A stretch of DNA of 64,000 bases from a virus (IMGVR_UViG_3300009709_000004:1297-65296), one strand, 5' to 3'. Numbered from the stretch's first letter, positions 8,588 to 18,164 are shown. Numbers and translations: made by a program. Notes: a model not told the origin generated them from the sequence alone.

Positions 8588-9606
8588 AACATAATTGGCG
8601 GGGGTTGTTCAATGAAATCAAAGTAGCTTGGCGAGATCGCGGAAAGAATACATCGCAAAACAACGTTAACATCTGCTGCCCGTGGTGTGGCGATGATGGT
8701 GGATTTCATCTAGCCATTAGCGAGGAACACGGCGCTTACTATTGTTGGAGGAACCCGCGCCATGCAGGGCGTGATCCCCTTCGTTTGATCGCGTTTCTAG
8801 TCGCATCTCGTGATGCGGCTGTTCGATTGCTGAATAAGCATCGAAAAAATGTCTATAATCAAGAAATAACTAAAAAACCTGTAATTTCAGATGTATCGTC
8901 ACGTTGGGATTTCTTTGATCCTGCATATCAATCCCATAGATGCTTAGATTATCTTGAAAATAAACGCGGCATACCTTATCCGAGGGAAGTGTGCCGGCAG
9001 TACGATATTCGACATGCGCCCGTCGGAAACTGGGCGGCTCGTATTATCCTGCCTATTCACAGCAACGATAAAGTTATATCTTGGATAGGACGGTCTATGC
9101 ATGATCGTCTTTTGCCAAAGTATTACCTTTTGCCAAACTCGCCTGATAATCTCATATATGTTCCCCGCGCCGCGCGCAAAAACATGATAATAGTTGAAGG
9201 ACCGTTAGATGCTTTGAAGGGCGCTGCTGCTACCGAAGATCAAGACGTGTCGTTTCTCGCTCTTATGGGAAAAAATCTAAATTATGGGCGTCAAGCGCGG
9301 ATCAAAGATGCGTGCTTTCATTGCGAAAACGTGTTTGTTTGTTTGGATAACTCTGCTGACGTTTTACTAACAGCCCGATTTTCCTTGGTCGATACGCTTG
9401 CGCCTGTGTTGGTAAACAGTTACGTTCGTGTCGCGCGCGCCCCGGCTAGCGTGAAAGACGTGGCCGACATGGGGTTCGTCGAGATTGGCGAATGGGCGCG
9501 GCGGATTACGGAGGCGATGAATGGGCGACAAGGCGGTGACTCAAGAGCGGTTCAGGTTTTGCCGGCGGCGGCCGGTTTACCGGCCACGGTGGGGCGGTAC
9601 ATTTGA
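8584..9606 (+). CDS. DNA primase (Zn finger + TOPRIM)
   Basis: CPWC…CWRNPRH Zn-binding region, RIILPI, IIVEGPLDALK, VCLDN. Confidence 0.85.
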   Translation: MKHNWRGLFNEIKVAWRDRGKNTSQNNVNICCPWCGDDGGFHLAISEEHGAYYCWRNPRHAGRDPLRLIAFLVASRDAAVRLLNKHRKNVYNQEITKKPVISDVSSRWDFFDPAYQSHRCLDYLENKRGIPYPREVCRQYDIRHAPVGNWAARIILPIHSNDKVISWIGRSMHDRLLPKYYLLPNSPDNLIYVPRAARKNMIIVEGPLDALKGAAATEDQDVSFLALMGKNLNYGRQARIKDACFHCENVFVCLDNSADVLLTARFSLVDTLAPVLVNSYVRVARAPASVKDVADMGFVEIGEWARRITEAMNGRQGGDSRAVQVLPAAAGLPATVGRYI

Positions 9607-10072
9607 AATTTGGACAAAAAAGTACGTGTATAAAAATTTTTGGCGCGTGCGAGAAAAGTTCGGCACTCAGGAAGATGCCATTCAAGAGTGCATTGTGATC
9701 TTTTTGAAGTGTGCAGATCGCTATGCCGGCACGGTAGACAACGCACGATGGTTTATGTCGCTGTACACGCAATCCGTGCATAATGCGTGGGTCAATGCCG
9801 CCAAGGCTAGCACCAAAAGCGGCGGGTCTGTCTCTTTTGACGCCGCCACCACTCTTGTGGAAGCGCTATATCCGCAGGCAGCTGATGCTACGCTGGCAAC
9901 CTCCATCGCAGAATGCGGTGCCGAGGTAGCAGACGCATTCATGACTATCGTGAATGCTCCGGGCGAATTTGCCGAGTTTTTCGTGGGCAAACATCGTGCC
10001 AACTATCGGATTAACGGCGTCGAACCGGCGCATATCAACACAATCCGCGACATCCTCCTGCCCAGTACGTAG
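9521..10072 (+). CDS. Hypothetical protein, possible sigma-70 region-2-like domain
   Basis: GGAGG SD before 9521. FGTQEDAIQECIVIFLKC…FMSLYTQSVHNAWVN resembles ECF region 2. Confidence 0.45.
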   Translation: MGDKAVTQERFRFCRRRPVYRPRWGGTFEIWTKKYVYKNFWRVREKFGTQEDAIQECIVIFLKCADRYAGTVDNARWFMSLYTQSVHNAWVNAAKASTKSGGSVSFDAATTLVEALYPQAADATLATSIAECGAEVADAFMTIVNAPGEFAEFFVGKHRANYRINGVEPAHINTIRDILLPST

Positions 10073-10172
10073 ACGTTAGCGATTTCCGCTATTGCAGTGT
10101 GCGCCGTGATCTGGCCATATGCGGGACATCGCGTACCGCATATGGTACGACGAGGTGTAGGAGCAAAAAACC

Positions 10173-11057
10173 ATGGTGCGCCGTGTAACACAGTCTGTAC
10201 GAACTGATGAGGATGAGGTCGAGGTTGATCCTGCGCCGAAGCCGTTGACCGGCCTGGCGGCGTTCAATGCGAAACGGGCTGCGCAAGCTGCGCAAGAAAA
10301 GGCATCTCAAACGAAAGTACGGCCCCTTGCGCCGGTTACGGCGCCGACGTCATCGGCTGATGACGAAGACGATGAGCTGGACGAAGCCGATGAGGCTGAC
10401 GCCGACGAAGGCGCAGACGGGGCGGACGAAGCCGAGGAGCTGGACGAAGCCGATGAGGCTGACGCCGACGAAGGCGCAGACGAGGCGGACGAAGCTGATG
10501 AGGCTGACCCCGCAGTCGCCGCGCTGACCGGCATCCACCGGGAAATTTTCGTGTTCGGCCGTGCGGGCGATCCGACGCTAGCGCCACTACACCCCCGGGA
10601 AGCGGCCACGGCGCGGGGGCGTCAGCTGTATCTCAGTCGGCTGATGGATGCTTGCGGCGTCGCTGATGACCCGTACTACGATGCGCTGAGTGAACCGGCG
10701 AAAGCCTGGTTCAACTTCAATGGTCGCAGATATTCCCAGGGCCATCCGGTCCAAGAGTTCGATGATATGGCGGTGGCGAAAGCGCCGTCGCTCCGTCCTG
10801 TCATCCTGAAGCCGGCCGAACGCCCGGTGCGCGTCAAGCCGGCTCGGGAACCTCGCGCGCCCCGGGTCCGCAAGCACGGTCGGACGTACTACCTGCAGCT
10901 GGCCGTTGCTAAGAATCCGAACATCGCTCTTGATGATCTGATTGAGGTTATCGGCGGCGGGAAACTGAGTCGGCAGACCGTGCAAACGCAGCGGAACTGG
11001 GGTCGCGGTATGATCCAAGTGCTCCAAGAGCTGGGATGGACTGCGCCGGCAAAATAG
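10173..11057 (+). CDS. Acidic repeat protein with basic, possible HTH C-terminus
   Basis: D/E/A-rich tract built from a 63-bp tandem unit (10374-10436, 10437-10499). Confidence 0.7.
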   Translation: MVRRVTQSVRTDEDEVEVDPAPKPLTGLAAFNAKRAAQAAQEKASQTKVRPLAPVTAPTSSADDEDDELDEADEADADEGADGADEAEELDEADEADADEGADEADEADEADPAVAALTGIHREIFVFGRAGDPTLAPLHPREAATARGRQLYLSRLMDACGVADDPYYDALSEPAKAWFNFNGRRYSQGHPVQEFDDMAVAKAPSLRPVILKPAERPVRVKPAREPRAPRVRKHGRTYYLQLAVAKNPNIALDDLIEVIGGGKLSRQTVQTQRNWGRGMIQVLQELGWTAPAK

Positions 11058-11059
11058 AG

Positions 11060-11075
11060 TGTTTCACGTGAAACA
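11060..11075. promoter_or_regulatory. Canonical parS site TGTTTCACGTGAAACA
   Basis: Exact match to the bacterial chromosomal parS consensus, inside a 24-bp perfect palindrome (11056-11079). Confidence 0.8.
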
Positions 11076-11082
11076 CTCTTAG

Positions 11083-11115
11083 AAAAGGGGCGGGAAATTT
11101 CCCGCCCCTTTTTTC
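11083..11115 (+). terminator. Rho-independent terminator
   Basis: aaaaggggcgggaaatttcccgccccttttttcgtttt: GC stem followed by a T-tract. Confidence 0.85.
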
Positions 11116-11165
11116 GTTTTTGCCTGCTGTATAGTGTGGTCTATCCATTACGGAAGGCATGAGCG

Positions 11166-12227
11166 ATGTACTCGAACGAACTAAAGGCGCAGCTAGCGCC
11201 GATCAAGAGACTGACAATTTCCGCATCTTTACCTCTCGCTTACCGGGCTTTGTACCTCAGTCGAAATTCCATAAAAGGATGCTTTTCGTCAGGCATCCTA
11301 GAACTCAAGATAGATCACGGCCTTACCGAACCGGTTTACGTGTTGGGCGCGAACTTCTTGGCGATTATCGATTCTCTGCCGGATAAACAAACTGTTGATT
11401 TGAGAATAGTTGATAATGCTCTGGCTTGGACCTGCGGCAACGCCAAAGGTCGCATTGCTACGCTAAGCCATGTTGATATGCCCAGCGTGGACGAGATTAG
11501 CGGCACCTCTTGCACACCGTCCGAGGAATTTTGCAAAGCCTTGGCGCTGGGCGGAGTGTCTTGCGGCAGTGTCGCCGCGATCGCGACGGGATCATACGGC
11601 GTAGCGCTCGATAACAGCGGGGATTTTTGCATCTATTCCACTGACGACGTGACAATTAGCATTTGTTTTTGCGATATCGAAAAAGACGTTTTTCCCAAGC
11701 TTGTCACTCTGGCGCCAGAAGCGGCCGATTTGCTGTCTAGTCTTATTGATACCAAAAACGGATCATTAGTTGCAACGGAGGAAGATGTATTTTATAACGA
11801 TCCGCATTGCAAACTGCTAATTAAGCAGATGCCGGCCATGTCTAAAGATGTACCATCCGTCATCGCGGCCTATCTCGGTGGCAGTACTAAGGTTGAGATC
11901 GATCCGGATCGGGTCGGCGCTTTTATCAAAAGAGTTACACGCATTGCCGAGCAAAACACCCAGGTTTACGTAGCTTTAGGCATTAAAGACGAAAAACTTA
12001 TCTTTAGCTTTGATGACGGTATCTCATCATCAGAAGAATATTATTTGTGCGACGAGCTTAAGGGTGTGCCAGACACAGCTCTTGTCCGGATCGACGCCGT
12101 GCGGGCGGCGCGGGCGCTGAAACACAGTTCGCGCATCGTGCTAGACCACATCGATCGCGGCCCGATCGTGTTTGAGGGGTCCAAGCCAGATTTCCATTAC
12201 ATCATCGCAGGGCGGCACGCCGCCTAG
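11166..12227 (+). CDS. Sliding clamp (DNA Pol III beta-like)
   Basis: 353 aa with a DnaN-like length and alpha/beta pattern. Adjacent to the polymerase and clamp-loader genes. No diagnostic short motif. Confidence 0.6.
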   Translation: MYSNELKAQLAPIKRLTISASLPLAYRALYLSRNSIKGCFSSGILELKIDHGLTEPVYVLGANFLAIIDSLPDKQTVDLRIVDNALAWTCGNAKGRIATLSHVDMPSVDEISGTSCTPSEEFCKALALGGVSCGSVAAIATGSYGVALDNSGDFCIYSTDDVTISICFCDIEKDVFPKLVTLAPEAADLLSSLIDTKNGSLVATEEDVFYNDPHCKLLIKQMPAMSKDVPSVIAAYLGGSTKVEIDPDRVGAFIKRVTRIAEQNTQVYVALGIKDEKLIFSFDDGISSSEEYYLCDELKGVPDTALVRIDAVRAARALKHSSRIVLDHIDRGPIVFEGSKPDFHYIIAGRHAA

Positions 12228-12237
12228 CAGGGATGGT

Positions 12238-12338
12238 GTTTGCCGGCCCGAGAAAGCCGTGGGAGCCCGTGCCGTCTTTGGCCGCTATGACGGTAGCGGC
12301 GCCGCTTGTATGGGCTTCCACGGCTTTCTGAGGCCGGC
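12238..12338. repeat. Dispersed long-hairpin element, copy C
   Basis: gtttgccggcccgagaaagccgtgggagcccgt … atgggcttccacggctttct. Confidence 0.75.
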
Positions 12339-12370
12339 GCGACTAGCGCGGCATTCGGAGGTAGCGGGCT

Positions 12371-14896
12371 ATGGGCTTTTTCACTCCGGACGAGGAACTA
12401 GACCGGCAACATAAGCTCGCAAAAACAATAAAAAAGATTAACAAAGTAAGAGATAAGAAATCTGTCACCGGCCCGAGTCTCGGCTGTGATGCTTGCGCGC
12501 TTAAGCGCACATGGCCGACGTTGAAAAGCCCTATGATGAAGATGACCGGTAACATTGAAACCGGTGATATTCTAATTTTGGGAGAAGCGCCTGGCGAAAA
12601 TGAAGATTTACAAAATCAGCAATTCGTCGGCGAGAGCGGCAAGCTCCTGCGTGATATCTTGCCTTTTAAGCATACTAAAAGGCTCGCATACCAGAACATA
12701 GTTCGTTGTCATCCGGCCGGTAACGATACGCCAAATGCCGAGGTTGTGCGCGCATGCTCGATCCACCTGGAGCGCGACATAACCGCCCTGAAGCCGCGCG
12801 CGATCCTCGGAGTCGGCGGTACGCCGCTATCGGGCGTGTTTCCGGGGCAGTCGATTACGGATTTGCACGGCTTGCGTATGCCGGTACAGATCGGCAGTCA
12901 TGTTGCGTGGTATTGGCCAATCCTGCATCCGGCTTTTGTTCTGCGCATGGGCGGCAGGAAAAGCAATGCTTATCCTGTGTTCCGCGCGGATATAACTAGG
13001 TTTTTTAGCGAAGTCGATTCTTGGGATAAGCCTAAGATGGTTAGCTTGTCTATAGACAGTATAATAAAACCAAAATCATTAGCAGAAGGCATATCCTTAC
13101 TAGAAAAAATGTGCTTGCCTCTGTCTATAGACGTTGAAACCACGTCGCTTACGTCGAAAGAGATTGACGCAAAACTGTTAACCGCGGCTATTAGCGATGG
13201 AAACACAACCATAGCATTCTGCGTGGATCACCCCAGATTTCCAAATGATTGGGGCTTAAAGCTGCTTCATAAGGCGATTACTAAACCGTGGCTGTCTCAT
13301 AATGCGGCTATGGAGCTTAAATTCTTTTTACGTTACTATCCTGATACCGAGCCCGCGCCGTTTGATGATACGCAAGCTCTTGCGAGATTAAAGTATCAGC
13401 GTGTAGGGGCGGGCAGCCTTGATATCGTATCTAAGCTCAATCTGGGCATAAACGTTAAAAGCTTAAGCGATCTAGATACAAAAAATTTGATGCTTTATCC
13501 GATCGAAGGCGTTTTGAACTATAATGGTCTAGATGCGTTAGCGACGCGGCTTTGCTACGATCGTATGAAAAATACCGTAGACAAAACCAATTACCAAAGA
13601 CTTATTCGATCTATTCGCGCAGTTACCCACATGGAAATGATGGGAATTTGCACAGATCAAACTGAGGCAAAGAGGCAGCAAGAATATTGGCAAGCGGTAG
13701 AACGGGATGAAATCGCTAAGGCCAAAAAGATTTATGAAGTGCGTGAGTTTGAACTGCGCAATATGCGCCCCTTTAACATTGCGTCGAACAGCGATGTCGG
13801 CGAGGCATTGGCCGTCCATGGGAGGCTTCCGCTTCCGCCGAAAGCGGCGCGCGGTGGCAAGCGCGCGTGGTCTACCAGTGAGGAAGATTTGTTGAAGTGC
13901 GCACCAGATAACCCGCTTGTTCGAGCTGTGATAGCCTATCGAGAAGCTGTCAAGATGAATAGCACATATCTATCAAGTGTGCTTGAGGCGCCGGCTCGGT
14001 ATGGCACAAATTATATTCATCCGAAATATACTATTCTTACAGTCCGCACCGGCCGCATGTCTAGCGTGGACCCTAACGCGCAAAACTGGCCTAAGCGTGA
14101 CGCAGCGCAGATAAACCTGCGTAAAACGATTATCGCTAAGCCTGAACACATCTTTGTCGCGTTTGACTATGGTCAAATTGAGGCCAGGATCATAGCGTGC
14201 GCGACCAAAGATAAAAACTTAATACGAAAGACGATTGCGGGATATGATGTTCACGCATATTGGCGCGACAGGGCGTTGTCATTGCATCCTGACTACATCG
14301 AACGGTTTAAGCAGCTAAGCGGCAGTTTAGATCACAAAAAGATATTAAAAAGTGCTCGCGACACGATAAAGTCTGATTTTGTGTTCGCGGCTTTTTTCGG
14401 TTCTAGTGATACTTCTATAAGCGAACGCTCTGGATTGCCGCTAACTATTTCCGGTCAGATGCTTGATGAGTTATGGCAGGAGTTTCCTGGCGTTCGGGCT
14501 TGGATTAAACAACAGCGCCGACAATATTACGAAACTGGATGCATCTATACGTTAACCGGTCGTGTGCGTTACGGGATCGCGTCTGGTAATGAAATGATAA
14601 ATACTCCTATTCAGGGTAGTGCCGCAGATATTATGCTTGACGCCTGCTCAGAACTAAGTGAGATGAGCATAGCGGAAAACGATCCGTATCTGCATCCCCG
14701 CGTCGCCATTCATGATGATCTAATGTTTGAGCTGCCGGATGACGGCCGGCTGTTGATGTATATAGAACGTATCTGGCCAGTTTTGACCAAAGTTCGCTAT
14801 CCGTGGCTCGTGGTGCCGCTGATTATCGAGGCGAGAATAGGCACTACATGGCGCGATCTAGAAGACTTTGCGGTGTTTGAAGGAAAATATGCGTGA
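12371..14896 (+). CDS. polA: Family A DNA polymerase with N-terminal family-4 uracil-DNA glycosylase domain and 3'-5' exonuclease
   Basis: UDG: CDAC, LGEAPGENED, FVGESG, NIVRCHP, ILHPAF. Exonuclease: IDVETT. Polymerase: TGRMSSVDPNAQN, FDYGQIEAR, RDTIKSDFVFAAFFG, NTPIQGSAAD, IHDDL. Confidence 0.95.
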   Translation: MGFFTPDEELDRQHKLAKTIKKINKVRDKKSVTGPSLGCDACALKRTWPTLKSPMMKMTGNIETGDILILGEAPGENEDLQNQQFVGESGKLLRDILPFKHTKRLAYQNIVRCHPAGNDTPNAEVVRACSIHLERDITALKPRAILGVGGTPLSGVFPGQSITDLHGLRMPVQIGSHVAWYWPILHPAFVLRMGGRKSNAYPVFRADITRFFSEVDSWDKPKMVSLSIDSIIKPKSLAEGISLLEKMCLPLSIDVETTSLTSKEIDAKLLTAAISDGNTTIAFCVDHPRFPNDWGLKLLHKAITKPWLSHNAAMELKFFLRYYPDTEPAPFDDTQALARLKYQRVGAGSLDIVSKLNLGINVKSLSDLDTKNLMLYPIEGVLNYNGLDALATRLCYDRMKNTVDKTNYQRLIRSIRAVTHMEMMGICTDQTEAKRQQEYWQAVERDEIAKAKKIYEVREFELRNMRPFNIASNSDVGEALAVHGRLPLPPKAARGGKRAWSTSEEDLLKCAPDNPLVRAVIAYREAVKMNSTYLSSVLEAPARYGTNYIHPKYTILTVRTGRMSSVDPNAQNWPKRDAAQINLRKTIIAKPEHIFVAFDYGQIEARIIACATKDKNLIRKTIAGYDVHAYWRDRALSLHPDYIERFKQLSGSLDHKKILKSARDTIKSDFVFAAFFGSSDTSISERSGLPLTISGQMLDELWQEFPGVRAWIKQQRRQYYETGCIYTLTGRVRYGIASGNEMINTPIQGSAADIMLDACSELSEMSIAENDPYLHPRVAIHDDLMFELPDDGRLLMYIERIWPVLTKVRYPWLVVPLIIEARIGTTWRDLEDFAVFEGKYA

Positions 14897-15120
14897 TGAA
14901 AACTGATGTATGGTGTGGCGAAAGCATGAAGTTTTTTATCACACAATTCCCGGAAGGGTGGCCGCCGCATTACGCGGCAATGCGCGCATGCGAGTCGGCA
15001 AACGTCATGCAATGCGCGGTAGCGTTTAAGCTGCGGGACGTTGTCGGTATAGCGTTCCCGAATGATGATTCGTACCAGATAACTCGCGAGTGGCATGAAG
15101 ATGCGGCTAGAATAAGATGA
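14893..15120 (+). CDS. Hypothetical protein
   Basis: Overlaps the polA stop (GTGA coupling). Confidence 0.55.
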   Translation: MMKTDVWCGESMKFFITQFPEGWPPHYAAMRACESANVMQCAVAFKLRDVVGIAFPNDDSYQITREWHEDAARIR

Positions 15121-15341
15121 TCAAAAAGAAACCTACAAAGACCGAAGCTTCGGCGACGGGTTTTTCCGCTGAATACGTGCGAGATGTATCAGAGATGATA
15201 TATCGAGACCGTCTTGGTGAAAAAGACGTAGCTAGTATGATAGAGAAAGACGGTGATGGGGGCGTAAAACTTCGTCAGCGTGCGGGATGCTTTGATAGTT
15301 TGACTCGCTCATATCTAAAAATAATCCTGGAATTACCATAA
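15117..15341 (+). CDS. Hypothetical protein
   Basis: ATGA and TAATG coupling with its neighbours. Confidence 0.6.
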   Translation: MIKKKPTKTEASATGFSAEYVRDVSEMIYRDRLGEKDVASMIEKDGDGGVKLRQRAGCFDSLTRSYLKIILELP

Positions 15342-16291
15342 TGGGCGAAACAGAGTTTTCTCTGCCGCTAATTACCAAATATCGTCCGTCAAGCTGGGAC
15401 GAGATGATCGGCAATAGCGAGATCATCGGCGCGCTACAGCGGCGATTGAGCGAGGCTAGCCGGCCCCATGCCTTCCTGTTTACCGGCCCGAGCGGCACCG
15501 GAAAAACCACCTTGGCGCGTATTGTCGCGGCCGAACTGGGCTGCGAAGTCGTGGAGATCGATGCTGCAACGAATAATGGCGTAGACGCCATGCGCGAGCT
15601 TGTGGCGCTAGGTAATTATCGCGCGCTTTCCGGGGCGGGCGCGCGTATGTTTATTATAGATGAAGCGCATATGCTCTCTCGCTCCGCATTTAATTCTATT
15701 CTAAAAATGATGGAGGAACCGCCGGAGTTCCTATTTATTGCCCTATGCACTACTGAATTTCAAAAGATCATACCGACTATCGTACAACGCTGCTTTCATG
15801 TAGCGCTACGTCCCGTAAGAACTCAAGACATCGTTGATTTGCTTTCAGCGATTGCAGAATGCGAAGGCTGGAATGCGCCCGCTGAAATTATTCATACGAT
15901 TGCGGTAGCTTCAAACGGTAGCCCAAGAAAAGCTATATCGCTCCTGCAAACAGGCCATGATATCTCCGACAAAGACGAGCTTAAGCGCGTTCTGCGCATT
16001 ACAGAAGACAATGACCCGATTATGGAACTGCTGCGCTTGTTGGTTTCCGGGCAGACTAACTGGCCAGAGATACAGCGGTTGCTTAACATGATTGAGCCGG
16101 ATGTCTTAGAAGATGCGGCGACTTTGGCGGGCAGATACGTGACTGGTGCGGTCCTTAACGCGGCAACCGAAAAAGCTGCGCGTAGTGCTTGGGTTCTTCT
16201 AGACGCGCTAGTTTTCCCTGCCGATACATATGATCGAAAAGTGAGCTTCGTTGCGGCTATCGGTCGGATGTTATGGGGCGGCGCGGAATAA
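15341..16291 (+). CDS. dnaX: Clamp loader, DNA Pol III gamma/tau-like AAA+ ATPase
   Basis: KYRP, FLFTGPSGTGKTTLAR, EIDAA, IIDEAHML, LKMMEEPP, TIVQRC. Confidence 0.92.
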   Translation: MGETEFSLPLITKYRPSSWDEMIGNSEIIGALQRRLSEASRPHAFLFTGPSGTGKTTLARIVAAELGCEVVEIDAATNNGVDAMRELVALGNYRALSGAGARMFIIDEAHMLSRSAFNSILKMMEEPPEFLFIALCTTEFQKIIPTIVQRCFHVALRPVRTQDIVDLLSAIAECEGWNAPAEIIHTIAVASNGSPRKAISLLQTGHDISDKDELKRVLRITEDNDPIMELLRLLVSGQTNWPEIQRLLNMIEPDVLEDAATLAGRYVTGAVLNAATEKAARSAWVLLDALVFPADTYDRKVSFVAAIGRMLWGGAE

Positions 16292-16294
16292 GCC

Positions 16295-16507
16295 ATGATT
16301 CTTATATTTGATATTGGCGGAGATAATAGCGACGTACCTTTATGGGTTGCTATTCTTGAGCTGGTAATTGTTATAGTTGGTTGTGCCCCTATATTCTATA
16401 TTATTTTACGAGATATTATAGAACACAGAAACGGGTGTGATCCAAATTACAAAAACCAAAAATGGTATATAAGATGGATTTTTGGTATATTCAAAAAACG
16501 TAACTAG
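16295..16507 (+). CDS. Small AT-rich membrane protein
   Basis: Hydrophobic segment LWVAILELVIVIVGCAPIFYIIL. Confidence 0.55.
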   Translation: MILIFDIGGDNSDVPLWVAILELVIVIVGCAPIFYIILRDIIEHRNGCDPNYKNQKWYIRWIFGIFKKRN

Positions 16508-16557
16508 CCATCCCATAAATAGGCTTTAACACGTTTTTTTTTGTAAACGGGCGCAAG

Positions 16558-17037
16558 ATGATACACGAAATAGAATTTCGGCGGCTTCAAGAAACCCTGG
16601 TCATAGACATGATGTCTATCGATGAGACATTGATTCGTCTGCCGTCGAATCAGCAGCGCGCATCTGAGCTTTGCGCGGAAGCACTAAAACAACGTGATAT
16701 CGCGCTGAATGAGCTTATCCGTATTCAAGCGGCCGTAGAGGTCGAGATTCGTGCTATCGAACCAAAGAAAACCGCGGCCGCCGTGCAAGCAGAAATGCTA
16801 CTACATGAAGACGTGATTGTATGTCAGCAGAATGTAGAAAACGCCAAAGAAGACGCGGCGAAATGGAACGGCCTTGTTGATGCCATCAAACAGCAGGGGT
16901 CATCGATAAAACGCTTGGCTGAACTCATAACGGCCGGATTTTTATCCCCTAACACTGAATTGCGAAAAGAGATTAGTTCGGCGAGAAAACAAAAGACCAT
17001 GGAACCCCGCAAAAAGGTATCTGAAAATGATGGATAA
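16558..17037 (+). CDS. Helical protein, possible UvsY-like recombination mediator
   Basis: Coiled-coil pattern. Located upstream of the SSB and RecA genes. Confidence 0.4.
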   Translation: MIHEIEFRRLQETLVIDMMSIDETLIRLPSNQQRASELCAEALKQRDIALNELIRIQAAVEVEIRAIEPKKTAAAVQAEMLLHEDVIVCQQNVENAKEDAAKWNGLVDAIKQQGSSIKRLAELITAGFLSPNTELRKEISSARKQKTMEPRKKVSENDG

Positions 17038-17188
17038 TAACCTAATTTATGAGATTGTACGTGATTTAACATGGGGTACCATCGGCTTGTCGTGTATATT
17101 TTTTGCTTTGTTTGTGGTTTATCTAACCGCGCGTTTGGCGTCTTTTGGTTGGTATACATCTAAAAAGCAAGTCGAGAGGACAGAGTAA
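17030..17188 (+). CDS. 52-aa single-TM protein (below the ORF-track cutoff)
   Basis: MDNNLIYEIVRDLTWGTIGLSCIFFALFVVYLTARLASFGWYTSKKQVERTE*. Its stop overlaps the SSB start (TAATG). Confidence 0.6.
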   Translation: MDNNLIYEIVRDLTWGTIGLSCIFFALFVVYLTARLASFGWYTSKKQVERTE

Positions 17189-18108
17189 TGCCGTTCAAAT
17201 ACGTAAAGCGTGATCCGGCGATGGTCGAAGCGCGCACAAATCAGGTGGGGGCGAACTACGATGGCCCGATTATTTCGGGCGTAAAAATATACTCAGTTCG
17301 GACGGGCGAAAATGTCATCCGGATCATGCCGGCAACTTGGGACGTAAACGGCAAAGCTCCGGAGCATTACGGCTACGACGTGTGGGTGCATGGGCGTATC
17401 GGCCCGGATAATGAAATGGTTATCTGTCTCGCAAAGCAGTTTGAGGACAAGTGCCCCATTTGCGAGGCGCGCGAGAGCTTGGATCGTCGGGGTGATGAAG
17501 AAACCGCAAAGGGCCTAAAGCCGGTTCGTCGCGTATTTATGTGGATCATCGACCGGAAAGATGAATCTAAAGGTCCGCAGATATTTCAATGCCCTTGGAC
17601 CTTGGACCAAGATATAGCGAAAGCAAGCAAAAACAAGCGCTCGGGAACATATTATGTTGTCGAAGACCCGGAGGAAGGTCATGATATCTCTTTTGAGAAA
17701 GAGGGGGCTAATCTCGCCACGCGATATGTGACAGTTCAGGTCGAGCCAAGTTCAAGCGCACTTGCGTCCAACGAAAAACAGACGAATGCGCTTATCGAAT
17801 ATATTGCGGAACGGCCGATCCCCAATCTGTTGAACGTCAAAACCTATGAACAGATCGCCCGTCTTTACCGCGGAGGCGGTTATGATGATGAGCCGGCGGT
17901 GGCCGATCCGGCGCCGTCACCTAAGTCGCCGAAATTGTCGGGTTCCGGCGCGGCGAAAGCCGTCATTCCGGAGGATGAGCTGCCGACATTCGAGAAGCCG
18001 CCAGAAACCAAAAGAGTGCCGGAAAGCGCCGTTCCAAGCGCCGCAAAAAGCCGGGCGCAAGAGCTGCGCGAAATGCTCGCGCGCAAGAACCAGCAAGGCG
18101 GCAAATAG
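17188..18108 (+). CDS. Single-stranded DNA-binding protein (T4 gp32-like)
   Basis: ENVIRIMP, VHG, ICL…CPICE Zn motif, YYVVEDPEEGHDISFEKEG, acidic/flexible tail. Confidence 0.7.
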   Translation: MPFKYVKRDPAMVEARTNQVGANYDGPIISGVKIYSVRTGENVIRIMPATWDVNGKAPEHYGYDVWVHGRIGPDNEMVICLAKQFEDKCPICEARESLDRRGDEETAKGLKPVRRVFMWIIDRKDESKGPQIFQCPWTLDQDIAKASKNKRSGTYYVVEDPEEGHDISFEKEGANLATRYVTVQVEPSSSALASNEKQTNALIEYIAERPIPNLLNVKTYEQIARLYRGGGYDDEPAVADPAPSPKSPKLSGSGAAKAVIPEDELPTFEKPPETKRVPESAVPSAAKSRAQELREMLARKNQQGGK

Positions 18109-18128
18109 CCGCTTAGCACGTCGCTACA

Positions 18129-18164
18129 GGCCGGCAGGGATGGCTGCAGCCATCCCTGCCGGCC
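18129..18164. repeat. Perfect 36-bp palindrome between the SSB and RecA genes
   Basis: ggccggcagggatggctg|cagccatccctgccggcc. Confidence 0.9.

Noticed and set aside
15014-15025. Second ops-like GCGGTAGCGT
   Set aside because: It lies inside a plus-strand coding region, not in a leader, and an 8-10-mer is expected by chance in 64 kb.
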